Shown here: in pieces, positions 1 through 12,433 of the stretch
Layout: each line of letters opens with the position of its first letter
Numbering within the stretch: the stretch's first letter is position 1
DNA from: Dicyema japonicum
Lineage: Eukaryota; Animalia; Dicyemida
Assembly (NCBI GenBank): GCA_011109175.1
Contig: RDEW01000028.1
Coordinates: 124,001-188,000 of the forward strand
DNA length: 64,000 bases
Direction of reading: 5' to 3'
Program-made: the position numbers and the translations under genes
The notes under the pieces: generated by a model
Told to the model about the DNA's origin: nothing
The model's input: the letters and a program-made list of their open reading frames with translations, nothing else
Database searches by the model: none

Positions 1-748
1 TAATGCGAATCTCCACGCAGCATAGGCATATTCCACATCCGGCGCTGACGATATATAATTCCGGTTGCTTCATTTATATTCACTGGGGTCTTCTGGATAA
101 GACACCGTGTGACATCCATTTTCTGCAGTCCTTTGGTGAGGACTTGTTTGGCATGGTAGGTAAAATTAAGAGTCTGTCGTATGTCACTCCCAGGATAGAA
201 GGGTATCTTGTGACAGGTATCCGAGTATGTCAGATGAAAATTCTGGTCCTTCTTTGGACCGACTGTTGGAGGTGAATAGAGTGCATGTTGATTTTGGAGC
301 CGATACCGAGAGACGGTTAGCTATCAACCAATCATGGACACAATCTACTTTCTTCTGTGCGAGTGAGACTGCTTTTGATGTCGAACTGCTTCTTGTTTCA
401 ATGATGATATCGTCAGCATAAGAAAGCAGTAAGAAGTCCTTGTCAATGTCTGCGGGCAGGTCGTGGAGGAAAAGGTTGAATAGAGTGGGGGGACAAAGGC
501 GAACCTTGGGTCACTCCGTTTGGTAGTAAACGTGATCTGATGTGACCACAGATGACCCTCCCACGTCTTCCAGATAGAAAATTGGCGAACCATAGCTTCA
601 AGTTGAATTTTTGAATCAAAGATTTTTCCAATTAAATGTTTCCTCGGTACCGAGTCAAACGCCTTGCTGATGTCAATCGAGACCATTGTTGTTCGCATGT
701 GTTTTGGGGCAGTGTTGAACTGCGAAAGCGTTAATAGGAAAGTCGTGG
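1..748 (-). mobile_element. Degraded APE-type non-LTR retrotransposon (LINE) reverse transcriptase, interrupted by a SINE
   Basis: Minus-strand translation with frameshifts gives SIDISKAFDSV, NGVTQGSPLSP, LLSYADDIIIE and LGVTYD motifs. The frame resumes briefly beyond the SINE (about 1193-1240). Confidence 0.85.
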
Positions 749-1192
749 TTATTATTATTATTAACCTTAGGCTAACCATTGTGAGCCCAGCACAAACAGT
801 CACAACTAACTAATCCAAGGAAGGAACCAAAGGAAGAACATCTGCTTGTGCCGACCAAATCCATCTTCCAATATTTCATTACAAGGTTCCGCTTCCGAAG
901 AGAGGTGGGGAAGTAGGTCCGCCCTCTTCCATTTGGTCCCACGCCCAACCCGTCGCGGACATCACTTCATTCCTTAGCGGAATAGTTTTCATAATGCAAT
1001 TTTCATCAGAGGATTTGGTCAGGAAGAAAGGTAGGAAAATCCCTTTTTAACTACTGTGTTGTGCCAGAAGGACTCGTCGCCTCACGGGTGGAATCTGTTT
1101 GACAAGAATTGACCTTCGCTGAAAATTCCATTATTCGAATTCGAACCCACGACCTTCAGATCCGATGTCATCAGACGTTACGTTCAGCCAGA
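749..1192 (-). mobile_element. tRNA-derived SINE (family 1), full length with TSD
   Basis: Head has A box TGGCTGAACG and B box GGGTTCGAAT and resembles tRNA-Arg(UCG); (TAA)n tail. Perfect 13-bp TSD AGGAAAGTCGTGG at 736-748 and 1193-1205. Second copy at 59525-60063. Confidence 0.85.
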
Positions 1193-1384
1193 AGGAAAGT
1201 CGTGGATGAGGGGTTTATGTATTATCTCAAAGAATAAATATTAAAAATTAATTTAAGAAAGTAATCGGTTATTGCCAGATTTAATTTGTTTCGAATTTAA
1301 TGGAAATTCTTAGAAATCTTTAGATGACTTGGGTAATACACAGAAAATTTTCTTCTCCAAAATCAAGTGCATGACCGATGTCCT

Positions 1385-1700
1385 GGTCAGTAGAAGGGAG
1401 TTAGAATTTTCTTGACATGGGTATTACAAGCCAGTAGCGACAAGAGATATGCAGGTAGAGAAATGTCTATAGCTTTGTGAATTCCAAGCCCTCTGAATCT
1501 GACAAACAGTGTAGCCTGCTTCCACGAGTTTTCCTCAAACCGTACATTGAAGATACGCTCCATTGTTGAAAGGAAAATCCCATCAATGTCTGCGAAATGG
1601 TCATATGAGTGAAATAGAATGACATCATCAGAACATCCATACCACGTCTCCTTCTTATATATTGAAGCATGAACACCTATTCTGTTATTCATCTTACAAT
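1385..1700 (-). mobile_element. CRE-clade-like non-LTR retrotransposon fragment (RT C-terminal/thumb region)
   Basis: WKQATLFVRFRGLGIHKAIDISLPAYLLS matches the QATLPxRxGGLG motif of CRE-like RTs. Probably the distal part of the element at 3950-5490. Confidence 0.65.
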
Positions 1701-2397
1701 TGATGATAAGAATTAAATAAATAATCATACTAATTCGTGGACTCGTCTGACAAATTATTGACTGTAGAAATCTAAAAAGGTGTAAAACCTAGAAATATTT
1801 AAGAATATCAGTAAATGTCTTAGAAATATCCCATTGACGTGGTAGTCCAACTGGGATGATCTTATATTTAAAAACGTCTAAATGGTCTTATAATTCATCA
1901 ATATTGATGTCTTAAACTCAATGTTGGACTGTTAATATTTAAACATGCCGAATTTTGACATTTTTCTTATTTTGGCCATACTCAGATCGTTCTTGTCCCT
2001 TAAATTTTTCATACTTCTTAAAAACTTCCGGGATGTTTTCTTGGTAATCATTACTTTATCATTATCTAAATTTTATTTTCATTTATATTTGTGTTTCAGC
2101 ATATAAAAGTTCACTGGTCTCGTAGTTGACTATATGGTTTGACGGAGATGGTCAATTACACTGAAATCTCTCACACATTCTGTAGAGACATCCTGTCTTC
2201 CTTCTTTGTTTCTTACCTTATTTTAGTGCTAATGCATAAATATATGAGATAGTCTTGATAAGAGCCATTTTGGCATTGCCATACTAAANTATATGGGATA
2301 GTCTTGATAAGAGTCATTTTGGCATTGCCATACTAAATTGATATGATCTTTGAATATCACTATGGATCGATTTCGATAGTATTTTAGATGTCATCAC

Positions 2398-3906
2398 TAG
2401 GGCGATTTTTATTTTGACTTTATAAATACAAAATTTTGGCCTTTTTCGACTTTATGAAAAATTTATCTAGAAAAAAATTTTTTTAATATGAAAAAAACTA
2501 ATCTAAACTTTATTAAAATATAGAATAATGTAATTAAAAACTTTTTCGAGTTAAAAATTTCGGTCTTAAGATAATAATTTTATCAATAATAAAAATTTTT
2601 TCTGAATAAAATCTTTTCTGATGCGAACGGATATTGTTCAAATAGTATATGCATGGAGAAATCTGTTGTTTTCAAATTTTAATACAAAAAACTTATTGAC
2701 AGAAAATCTAGATTCCAGATACTTCTTAATTCTGCATAAATAGTTACTGAAATATAATTTTTTAATATGCTCGTCTTCTACTGTGTAGTAAGTTTTCATT
2801 GTCATCTTTATCAATTTATAAACCAATATTGACATAAGGATAAATTGCTCCGTAGTTCATTTTAATTGATTACTTCCAAGTATCTTTATATTAAAATTCC
2901 ATTTCTATCAAAATTATAGTTATTTTTTATTTTATGCAAGGAAAATCATATTCGACTAAGCATTAGTGACCTCATTGATCGTAGAGTCAGTGAATGGAAT
3001 AAGAAATCAGTTATTTTTACAGTAACACATGTGAAATACTAATAAAATGATAAACTTGTTAGTTTGAAATGTTTATTAGACAAAAGACTCAATAAAAAGC
3101 TGTTGTTAGAAAAATCGTGAGTTGATAGAAAAGTCACCAGGATATTTTCTAATAACAGTCTTAATCTTTTCAACGACCTTCCTGATTTGAATGCGGCATA
3201 ACNGATAAATTGCTCCGTAGTTCATTTTAATTGATTACTTCCAAGTATCTTTATATTAAAATTCCATTTCTATCAAAATTATAGTTATTTTTTATCTTAA
3301 GCAAGGAAAATCATATTCGACTAAGCATTAGTGACCTCATTGATCGTAGAGTCAGTGAATGGAATGAGAAATCAGTTATTTTTACAGTAGCACATGTGAA
3401 ATACTAATAAAATGATAAACTTGTTAGTTTGAAATGTTTATTAGACAAAAAACTCAATAAAAAGCTGTTGATAGAAAATTCACCAGGATATTTTCTAATA
3501 ACAGTCTTAATCTTTTCAACGACCTTCCTGATTTGAATGCGGCATAACAGTTGATGGCACATTAGTATTTTATCCAAAAACTTTAAAAATTAATTATTTT
3601 CTAATAACAGTCTTAATCTTTTCAACGACCTTCCTGATTTGAATGCGGCATAACAGTTGATGGCACATTAGTATTTTATTCAAAAACTTTAAAAATTAAT
3701 AAATAAAAAATCAATTAAAAATTTGACTTTATTGACCTAAAGATTAAATTTTGACATTTTTTGACATTACCCAAAATTTTTCCTTTTTTGATTTATATAA
3801 TATTTTTGGTTAAAAATCACATTTTTATAACTTTTGGACAATTTTAAAGAACATATGAATTTTCTGTTATTATGAATTTTTGACTTTATTGACAATAATC
3901 GCCCTA
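2398..3906 (-). mobile_element. Internally deleted hAT DNA transposon
   Basis: TIRs TAGGGCGATT...AATCGCCCTA; perfect 8-bp TSD GTCATCAC (2390-2397 and 3907-3914). Internal remnants are homologous to the transposase N-terminus at 18659 (KTVIRKYPGEFSIN vs KSVVRKYANEFSIN). Confidence 0.9.
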
Positions 3907-3949
3907 GTCATCACATATTCATGTAAGCTTTCTGTTCTCGACTATCAAA

Positions 3950-5490
3950 AACAATTTTTCAAAAATAAAATCTCCATTTCTTAATTTTCCCAAAATATGC
4001 TATTTATTGTACTAAAATCACAGAGTTAAAGAAAAGTGACTCCAACTAAGTGATACCGGATCGCTCTAGTCAAGTCATACGTCATATTAAGTATATTGTC
4101 ATTACCAAGCCTCTGTACGTTGAGACTGTTTTTCAGGAGGAATAATGAATTATGCATGTCAAGTAGACACAGGCGGTCCAGAGTTTCTCTGAGTAATAGT
4201 CGATTTTCTCACATAGCTATCCCCCATTGCATTTATGGTAATTGTGAATCCAAGGAATATAATGTCATCATCGAGTGTGAAAATACTTCCAGGCGGTAAA
4301 TTCTCGCAAATTGTCTTTCCTTAGACTATTGAAAGCGTTCTTGATCTCCAATTTGACCAGGATATGTCCCCGGGAATCTTTTATACTGTGAATGTCCTCA
4401 CTGAATGGACAGCGGCCTCGCATCCCATGTGAATACCGACGCCTACTTGAGGTGGGTTCAAGAATTTTGTGACGAGTGGAATAGAATGTTTGGAGGAATT
4501 TTTAGCAGCCAGTTTTCTGAAGACAAACCCGACCGTTCTTACTACGCCGCCCTTCTTATCGAAGGCTATCAAATTGGCGGAGAACAGGACATGGCGGATA
4601 ACTTCGGGAAGAACTCTAGACAGGATCGATTCATAAGTGAAGTAATTGAATACGTAAGACCAATTCCCTGGTCTCCTACGGATAAAGAGGTTAGATCCTT
4701 CAGATAGCTTGCTCTTATTCCGTCGAGCCTGCCACTGCTACTAGGCGCAGAACTTCATCGTTTGATGCAGTCAGGGGACTCACATGGATGGAGGAGCGAC
4801 TGGGCGTAGGTTTTGAGGTGACAGATGCTTGTTTTGTAAAATATTGTAAGCGTCCGATGTCGGCTTTCGCGGTCTACTTGAGGAAAGTGCCCTGATGGGT
4901 GCGCGGGTACTATCTTCGATTAACTTCGACCGAACAGTTCTTTTAAGACGGAGCACTTCAACTTCCTCATTCGGACCACGTTTCTCCTTTGTACGGTTAG
5001 AAGCTGTGGGCAACTGGAGATGTGGGTTCCTCCCATAAAAGAACTAATGTTGGTCCTCATGGTGCTATGGAGAGACTTCTTTCCGTGACTATCTCGATCA
5101 AGTCCCAGTGCTGAAGACGCAAATCTGAATAAACGCTCCCAATCCTGTACTGCGTTAGTCCGAAGGGCATCTTCGATCGTTTTGGACCTCCGTCGAAGGT
5201 CGTACGGTCTTGGGTATCCTCAAAGGGATAGTCCGTAAAAACGAAACTCAGAGATGAGGCGTAAGAATGTTTCGAGATCCGTGGTTGATGGGTATTTAAC
5301 GGAAGAGTTAACATTGCTGCTGGCACGGGGAACCTCCCTGCATAGGCCGAGGCATGACTGGCAGTGTCATACTCCAATCACGTTCTCTGCAATGGGATAT
5401 CTTGATACACCTGAGGTAGAAGAAATCTTCACAAGCAAAGCAGGAGATCCCACGGTTCAGAGTTCTAACAAGCCGACAGGATGAACACAT
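3950..5490 (-). mobile_element. CRE-clade-like non-LTR retrotransposon remnant (PHD-like Cys cluster plus RT N-terminal half)
   Basis: IAFDKKGGVVRTVGFVFRKLAAK, QVGVGIHMGCEAAVHSVR and KLEIKNAFNSLRKD motifs typical of CRE-like RTs; Cys-rich segment CSSC...CFAC...C...W at 5300-5490. Confidence 0.75.
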
Positions 5491-5989
5491 CTCAGGTGAC
5501 TTGGCCAGTACCTTTTAAGTGAGAACATTTTTTTATGTGATTTTGTCACAACAGACATAATCACAGCAAAACAACTGTCAGAATTTCGCATTTAGTGCAT
5601 TTATTAAACCAATTAAAGACAAAAATTAACAGTTAGCAATTATTGGCTGTTCTCATACTCGAGAACGCATTTCTCTTGACGATTTTCAAAGAAATACAGT
5701 CAATTAGCCAGTTCCTTCCTCTTCTCCATCAGATATCCGATTCAGCATAACAGGGTTAGTGAGCTTTATTATCTTTATTAGAATGGCCTTGACCTTATTT
5801 ACCATTGTAACCGTTATGGCATGCGACATTAAATTAATTAAACCTTGATCAGAATTTAAAAGAAAATTCCTGACAAGCGAGGTGAAAGAAGCTATGGTAC
5901 AAACTTTTGATAAAAAATAAAGTCATGAGTTAGTTATGAGGGTCATCATTATCATACACTCTCCCAGGGCTGTAGAAAGCTTTGGCACG

Positions 5990-7226
5990 CCCCTGACAAT
6001 ATCTCAATTTTCAAATGCACTCATGTGCATAAAAAGCAGCTATTGATGCCGGTCAATTATATTGTCATGCTAACCAGATATATAACCCTATATTATAATG
6101 AGGTTCTTGTATAAAAATCTACCTTCATATATTCAAGGTATGATATACTTCACAGTCAATTCAAATGGGTCACGACTGCAAGATTTCATTAAAATGGACA
6201 AGAATATGCTCTTTGGGTAAAAGTCAAAAATACGTGAAAACTTTTCCTTATGAGATAATCCATGATTCTAAAACAAACCATATGAGGAATCGAGGAATAA
6301 ACATCATAATTATTTAATTAAAACAATGAACCCTGTGGTTAAGCTCTATTACGCAAGATGCCTAATCCCCCAGGGGATATAACTCCCATTCCAGTTTTGA
6401 CGGGCAAAATGTAGGAATTTGGACACATGAGGTTTCTGACCATGAAGAGTCGGATGTACAAAACTTCGTCTAAGACAAATTTAAAAGTCTTCCCTGAGAG
6501 AAAACAAGAGAATTACTACTTATCAGTTACTGTTGGGAGAGGACTCAGCTGAATAAAATAATATTAAAAAATAAAAATCAGGAAAACATAAACTTAGGAA
6601 TGGCAGATATGGGAATTTGGAAGTATGAGAAGAGCAGACAATTCACATCATGGAAGAAGTAATTTACAAGATCAGGCATATAAAGAGTTGGGATATAAGT
6701 ACGGAGTAATATGGATAACTCCTTCATAAAAATGAACCCTTTATAATGCACAAGCAAAAACGTCTCCCTTTCCACGGCCATCAACGAAGAGTTCCCAAAC
6801 ATGTCTCCAACAAAATAGTCGTGAGACTCCAAGTCATCCCCAATTATAGCGACTGACCTATTCACAACATAGAGGGTACAATCACTGGTCATGTAAAAGA
6901 CTCCTTTCATTGGAAAGTGCACAGCATAGAGGGATTCAAAGAGAGACAAATGAAACATTGATACCCGACCTGTCAACCACCCAAACGAAATATCAAACAC
7001 CTTCATTATATAAGAAGGTATTATATAGGCTGGGTATCTGTTTCTTATAAAATTTGAGATTACTATGTTATAGGGTTCGTTTTGGAAATCTAAATTTGTG
7101 TAATGTAGTATACCTTTCACGTATGATGCACTTTATCTGAGAATACCATCACTAAATATGGGAGGAGTACATGAGAAGTAATAATTGACCGAATAAAATA
7201 AAACAAGTAAAAGTGAGAGACAGCAT
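5990..7226 (-). CDS. Putative orphan secreted protein with internally repeated module (possibly degenerate)
   Basis: ATG 7226 plus a 22-nt GT-AG intron gives a hydrophobic signal-like N-terminus spliced onto the 180-codon open frame 6578-7120. Motif DFQNEPYNIV recurs as DFIQEPHYNI near 6090-6120, after an AG at the same phase. 3' structure unresolved. Confidence 0.35.
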
Positions 7227-7310
7227 AACATAATTTTTTAAATGATATTAATTAAATAAAAAAACTTTAATTATTAACTTAATAAATTTTATCTACCTCC
7301 ACCATTTGCA

Positions 7311-7630
7311 GGTTTGGCATAGTGGTAAGGTGTCGGGCTAAAGTGGCTTAGGTTACGGGTTCGATTCTCACTGCTGTTTACTTGGTGGAAGGTTCCACGC
7401 ATCTACGATGCTAAAAGAGTTTGACAAGTGACGCCGTCATCAATGGACATTTACTGCGGAACTGGATAGTCTAAAAAGGACCCACACACAAAAAAAAGAA
7501 AAAAGAAGTGAAGATCATTCCTTGGTTCTACAATTAGTTAAAATCAACTGTTTTTTACTTAAATAAAGTGTTTTTCCTGCTTATGGGAACTATAAATATT
7601 ATGGCTCTCGTGAAAAGGCTGTTATTATTA
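7311..7630 (+). mobile_element. tRNA-derived SINE (family 2), copy A
   Basis: A box TGGCATAGTGG, B box GGTTCGATTCT, ~320-bp body shared with 45387-45697, (TTA)n tail, approximate TSD ATTTGCAGGTT/ATTTACAGGTT. Confidence 0.85.
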
Positions 7631-8099
7631 TTTACAGGTTTTGGAGAAAGAATGATATCTCAAAAATCACAACAAAAACTCTCGAAAGCAGCGTTGGGGG
7701 CCTCTTTACCATATGCTGCTAGTTTATCCAGGTATTGTGCATCGTTATGCAGCCTTGTCCTGGTCAATAGTCATCTCAGGTTCTTCTCTACAAATTATCC
7801 ACCAGCAGAGTCATTGGACCTGATTTCGAGTCCATACTTCTTAAACGCTAACGTAAACTACAAGAGGCAGCAAGTCGATCTAACAAATTCCTTTTTTATT
7901 GTGGTATGCTTAATCTATAGAGGCACCCAATGACCAACCAATGTGAAAAAGACTACCTTCCTTATCAAAAGTATATAGACATGGTCTCCTTCCATGTAAT
8001 CTCAATATTTAAATAGTGGTTGTCAGTCATGTCAAACAAAACTAAATCGTTGTAGTGAACAGATCCTCGATCCCTCACGAACCAGTAATATTATTATTG

Positions 8100-8970
8100 G
8101 TGGCTATTTTATTTATTTACCCCTTACTCTTCGAGTTAAAGAAACTAACCAAAACGTCACAGCCAAGAGCGGACGTTCCCAGATATCAGACATGTATATT
8201 TGGTTTTGTACAAAATTAGAAGACCTGTCTTCTGGACCCAGGAAGAGAAGAAGTGACCTGTCTTCTGGTCGTCGGGTAAGTTTGATTGGCATAGTAGAGA
8301 GGACGATTGTAAATTCTGTACAGATAAAAATGTAACTCCATGTAGTGACCACAAAGTAAGCGCCCAAGTGGACACTAGATTCCCGTGGATGAGAAGCTTC
8401 GCTTCCGTCAATAATAAGTGGAATACGTCCCAAAGGGTTGTTGATACCAAGGCTTCTGATGGTTTTAGTTGATATCCATTCGTGGGTTGTTTTCTGTCGC
8501 GACTGAGAGGGCCCAGTCTCTGAGATAGTTTGTAGAAACCGAATTTGTTTACTGAGAGTTGGAATAATTCTCCTTTTGTTTGTGGAGACCCAAAGGCAGT
8601 GTGCTGCTGTCCCAGCGTTTTACACTTGTCAAAAAATTGTAGACTGAGCATTTGAAAAAGTCCCTAGTTTAGAGAATTTTTGATTCCCGGTGTAGATCAG
8701 TTGGTGCGGTTTTTAGAAAACCAATAATTATTCTTATAGCAGAGTTTTGAGTGTATTTTTAGACGTTTTTATNTTTGTTTGTGGAGACCCAAAGGCAGTG
8801 TGCTGCATGTCCCAGCGTTTTACACTTGTCAAAAAATTGTAGACTGAGCATTTGAAAAAGTCCCTAGTTTGGAGAATTTTTGATTCCCGGTGTAGATCAG
8901 TTGGTGCGGTTTTTAGAAAACCAATAATTTTTCTTATAGCAGAGTTTTGAGTGTATTTTTAGACGTTTTT
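8100..8970 (-). mobile_element. LINE 3' region remnant
   Basis: Frameshifted LGRLLCGHYMELHFYLYRI resembles the LARLRCGHH-type C-terminal motif of the LINE family seen at 17000-17040. Contains an N-flanked duplication. Confidence 0.45.
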
Positions 8971-8979
8971 ATTGATAAA

Positions 8980-10135
8980 CAGGGACCCCATGCAGGGTTA
9001 GGATATTCCATCACTGTTCTGATAAACGGTCAGTAGATAGTGGGCAAGCTATCTTTCTCTACTAATTAAATGACGTGCCCACCACGGCCCAGAGTGAGTT
9101 GAGCGTTCGAGATTTTTCGCATACATAAGAGACATGTTTTGAAATTGATAAGAAAATATCAAATATCACACAATGTATTTTAGGGTTTTTAACCACAAGA
9201 AGGAGAACGTTGTTTCCATTAATCCCGTCTCCTACCAAATGCCGTCCCTCAAGGATCGCCCCTCTCTCCGACGTTATTCAACTTATTCCTCAACGATTTA
9301 CCCTGCCCTGGAGGATAAGATTCAATGCTTCTCACTTATGCTGATGACCTAATCATCGAAGCAGGAACAAATACGTGGCTATAGCAAAATCAGAGCTTCA
9401 GTCACATATTGACGACCTGGGAGCCTGGTTGAGTTTGAATTGTCTCTCCATATCCAGGGATAAATCAACGTATACAATCTTCACCACAGACAGAAAAAAA
9501 ATACATACACTGGATTTGAACATTTATGGAGACTCTTTACCATAACAGATTCATCCAACTATTCTGAAAGTGACATTTGACACTTTAATGACATTTTCTC
9601 AACATGTGAAGAACGTTATGACAAAGGGTCTCAGGAAACTAAATATAATCAAACCGCTCTTAAAGTCCAGGCCGTCACAGGAATACGCTGTCGTCTTGTT
9701 CAATCAACTCCTAAAACCGACGATAGAGTATGCTTGTGCCTCATGGGCCTATGGAGCTTCGATATCAAATTCATTCAAGATCAATTCCCTAATTGGCAAA
9801 CTTGCACGTCTAACAAATTTATCCCCGATCTTTCCCCCCAATGCTTGACCACGCCGCAATCAAAAATAATGACTCCGGCTTCATCGGTCTGTGTGGCCAA
9901 AAAACAAGTAGTTTCTTCCATTCAAGCCTAGAAACCTCAAATACACGAAATTTGAGGAAAAAACCCACCCCTCTTCAAACTCTAATGAAAGATGATCGTC
10001 GTCTATTCATGAAAGCCGTGGGTACTCTGGTGGAACATAAAAAAAACCTCTCGATCCTGTTGAGGCGTACCGGAATCACTTAATTAGTTGGTTTACTCCT
10101 TTATTGGTGTTCCCTTTTCGGGGTTATTAAATAAA
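8980..10135 (+). mobile_element. Degraded LINE RT and 3' end (same family as 1-748)
   Basis: AVPQGSPLSPTLFNLFLNDLP, LTYADDLIIE, VTFDTLMTF and KPTIEYACASW motifs; ends in a (TAAA)n tail. Confidence 0.8.
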
Positions 10136-11098
10136 TAAATTTTTTAAAAATATAAAAATTTAAAAATAGAACCACAATTTTAATTCAAGTATAAATTGTT
10201 AAACTAAAGCTTATGTGAAATGAGTAACAAATATGACTGTGGGAAACACAAAACTGAGGTAAAAACCACAATTTTGAATAAATCCAACCGTAGAAGGTCA
10301 TCTAAATCGGTTAAAAAGTTAAATTAAATTGTAAATCGAGGATAATGAGGAATATGCTTTACTGTTTTTTTTGTTGTGACATTTGCACGAGCAAGGCAAA
10401 CAAATTTTCAGATTCTAAGCGTAAAATCCCAAAAAATGGTTATAACGGCGCGGAGATGCCGGGGAGAGATTTTTCGTCGGTTGATTCATATGAGATTTCC
10501 CTCCACAATTTCAAAACATCTAATTTAAGAGTTGCCCTGCTTTGTCATTTAGGATGCTAAAAAGTACGCCGAGGACATTCTCGGCAAATGTAACCTCACA
10601 TCANAAAAACCCACCCCTCTTCAAACTCTAATGAAAGATGATCGTCGTCTATTCAGGAAAGCCGTGGGTACTCTGGAGGAACATAGGAAAAACCTCTCGA
10701 TCCTGTTGAGGCGTACCGGGATCACTTAATTAGTTGGTTTACTCCTTTCTTGGTGTTCCCTTTTCGGGGTTATTAAATAAATAAATTTTTTAAAAATATA
10801 AAAATTTAAAAATAGAACCACAATTTTAATTCAAGTATAAATTGTTAAACTAAAGCTTATGTGAAATGAGTAACAACTATGTCTGTGTGAAACACAAAAC
10901 TGAGGTAAAAACCACAATTTTGAATAAATCCAACCGTAGAAGGTCATCTAAATCAGTTAAAAAGTTAAATTAAATTGTAAATCGAGGATAATGTGGGAAA
11001 CACAAAACTGAGGTAAAAACCACAATTTTGAATAAATCCAACCGTAGAAGGTCATCTAAATCGGTTAAAAAGTTAAATTAAATTGTAAATCGAGGATA

Positions 11099-12433
11099 AT
11101 GAGGAATATGCTTTACTGTTTTTTTTGTTGTGACATTTGCACGAGCAAGGCAAACAAATTTTCAGATTCTAAGAGTAAAATCTCAAAAAATGGTTATAAC
11201 GGCGCGGAGATGCCGGGGAGAGATTTTTCGTCGGTTGATTCATATGAGATTTCCCTCCACAATTTCAAAACATCTAATTTAAGAGTTGCCCTGCTTTGTC
11301 ATTTAGGATGCTAAAAAGTACGCCGAGGACATTCTCAGCAAATGTAACCTCATATCAAGTAATTTAATTTTCAGAATCGCAGATATTTCAAATACTTCGG
11401 ATAATATTTCTTACTCGGATATCAGCGTAAATTTGGGAGTTACTTTTGTCGAACTACCACAAAACAGTGACCTGGGAGATTTCACAGAATAAGATAGAAA
11501 TAAAGGAATTCGTTGGGAAGGGGACCTATGGGACAGTATACAAGTGCGAATATTACGGAAAAGCAGCCTTGAAGAAGATCAACGTGATTGACCCATCGGT
11601 GGAAGACTTGAAATCCTTCCGGAATGAAATCTCCGTTTTGCAGTAAATTGTTAACAAAGTCAAGACAACTTCGTCATGAATACATTTTGATATTCATTGG
11701 ATGCATCGTTAATCCTTATTTGGCCATAGTCACTGAATGGTGTGATGGGTCCTCACTTTACAAGGAACTCCACGTCAAGCAAGTGGTCTTCAAACCATTA
11801 ACAGTTTTATATATTGTTAGACAATTTGCTGAGGGGATGTCTTATTTGTATGAAAAGTCGATCATTCACTGTGATCTCAAGTCAGACAGTCTATTGTTAC
11901 ACTTATTACAGACGTATTCCTCACTGACATGGGGGTCATCAAAATTGGAGACTTTGGTCTTGCCACATTGATTAAGACCAGAAGGAACCCCAAGCTTGTG
12001 GGATCCGTGTATTGGATGGTCTCTTATCACCTAAATTCAGGCACCTGAGATAATTCGTCAGCGTAAAAACTGCGAACCCTCACATTCTTCCGACGTTTAT
12101 GCGTTTGGGATTGTCATGTATGAGCTAACCATGGGATGTTTCCCCCATTCAGAGCCTGACCATCCTCATCAAGTTAGCATTCCGCTATATTCAAAGATTT
12201 TGTTCAAAGTTGGAAGCTCTAAGGAGCCTTTAAACTTGGATGGGATGAGATCAGATCTTCCACCTAGTTTGGGAGATCTCATACATAAATGCTGTCAATA
12301 TGATTATGAATTAAGGCTTACATTTGACGTGGTTCATTTATTTTTTGATTTAAAGGTACTCCAAGAAATTCTCAATATGATCAGTAATTCCCCCAGATTC
12401 AACCGTTCTTTATCAGATTCACATCTTTTATAA
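11099..12433 (+). CDS. RAF: Raf-family (TKL) Ser/Thr kinase; kinase domain 11446-12433, 5' exons uncertain
   Basis: Removing introns 11643-11664, 11889-11911, 12019-12040, 12173-12196 and 12332-12355 gives WEI..GKGTYGTVYK..AALKK..FRNEISVLQQLRH..AIVTEWCDGSSLYKELHV..HCDLKSDN..KIGDFGLAT..GSVYWMAPE. C-terminal RSLSDS resembles the Raf 14-3-3 site RSxSEP. Confidence 0.85.

Noticed and set aside
1131-1192. tRNA-like sequences here and at 7311-7385 and 45387-45460 as real tRNA genes
   Set aside because: A and B boxes are present but the acceptor stem cannot close, and each runs into a repeated body with tail and TSD, so they are SINE heads.
9959-11350. Two copies of the Raf upstream ORF (10345-10560 and 11099-11314) as paralogs
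   Set aside because: Near-identical duplication joined at a single N (10604); most likely uncollapsed haplotypes or a scaffold overlap.
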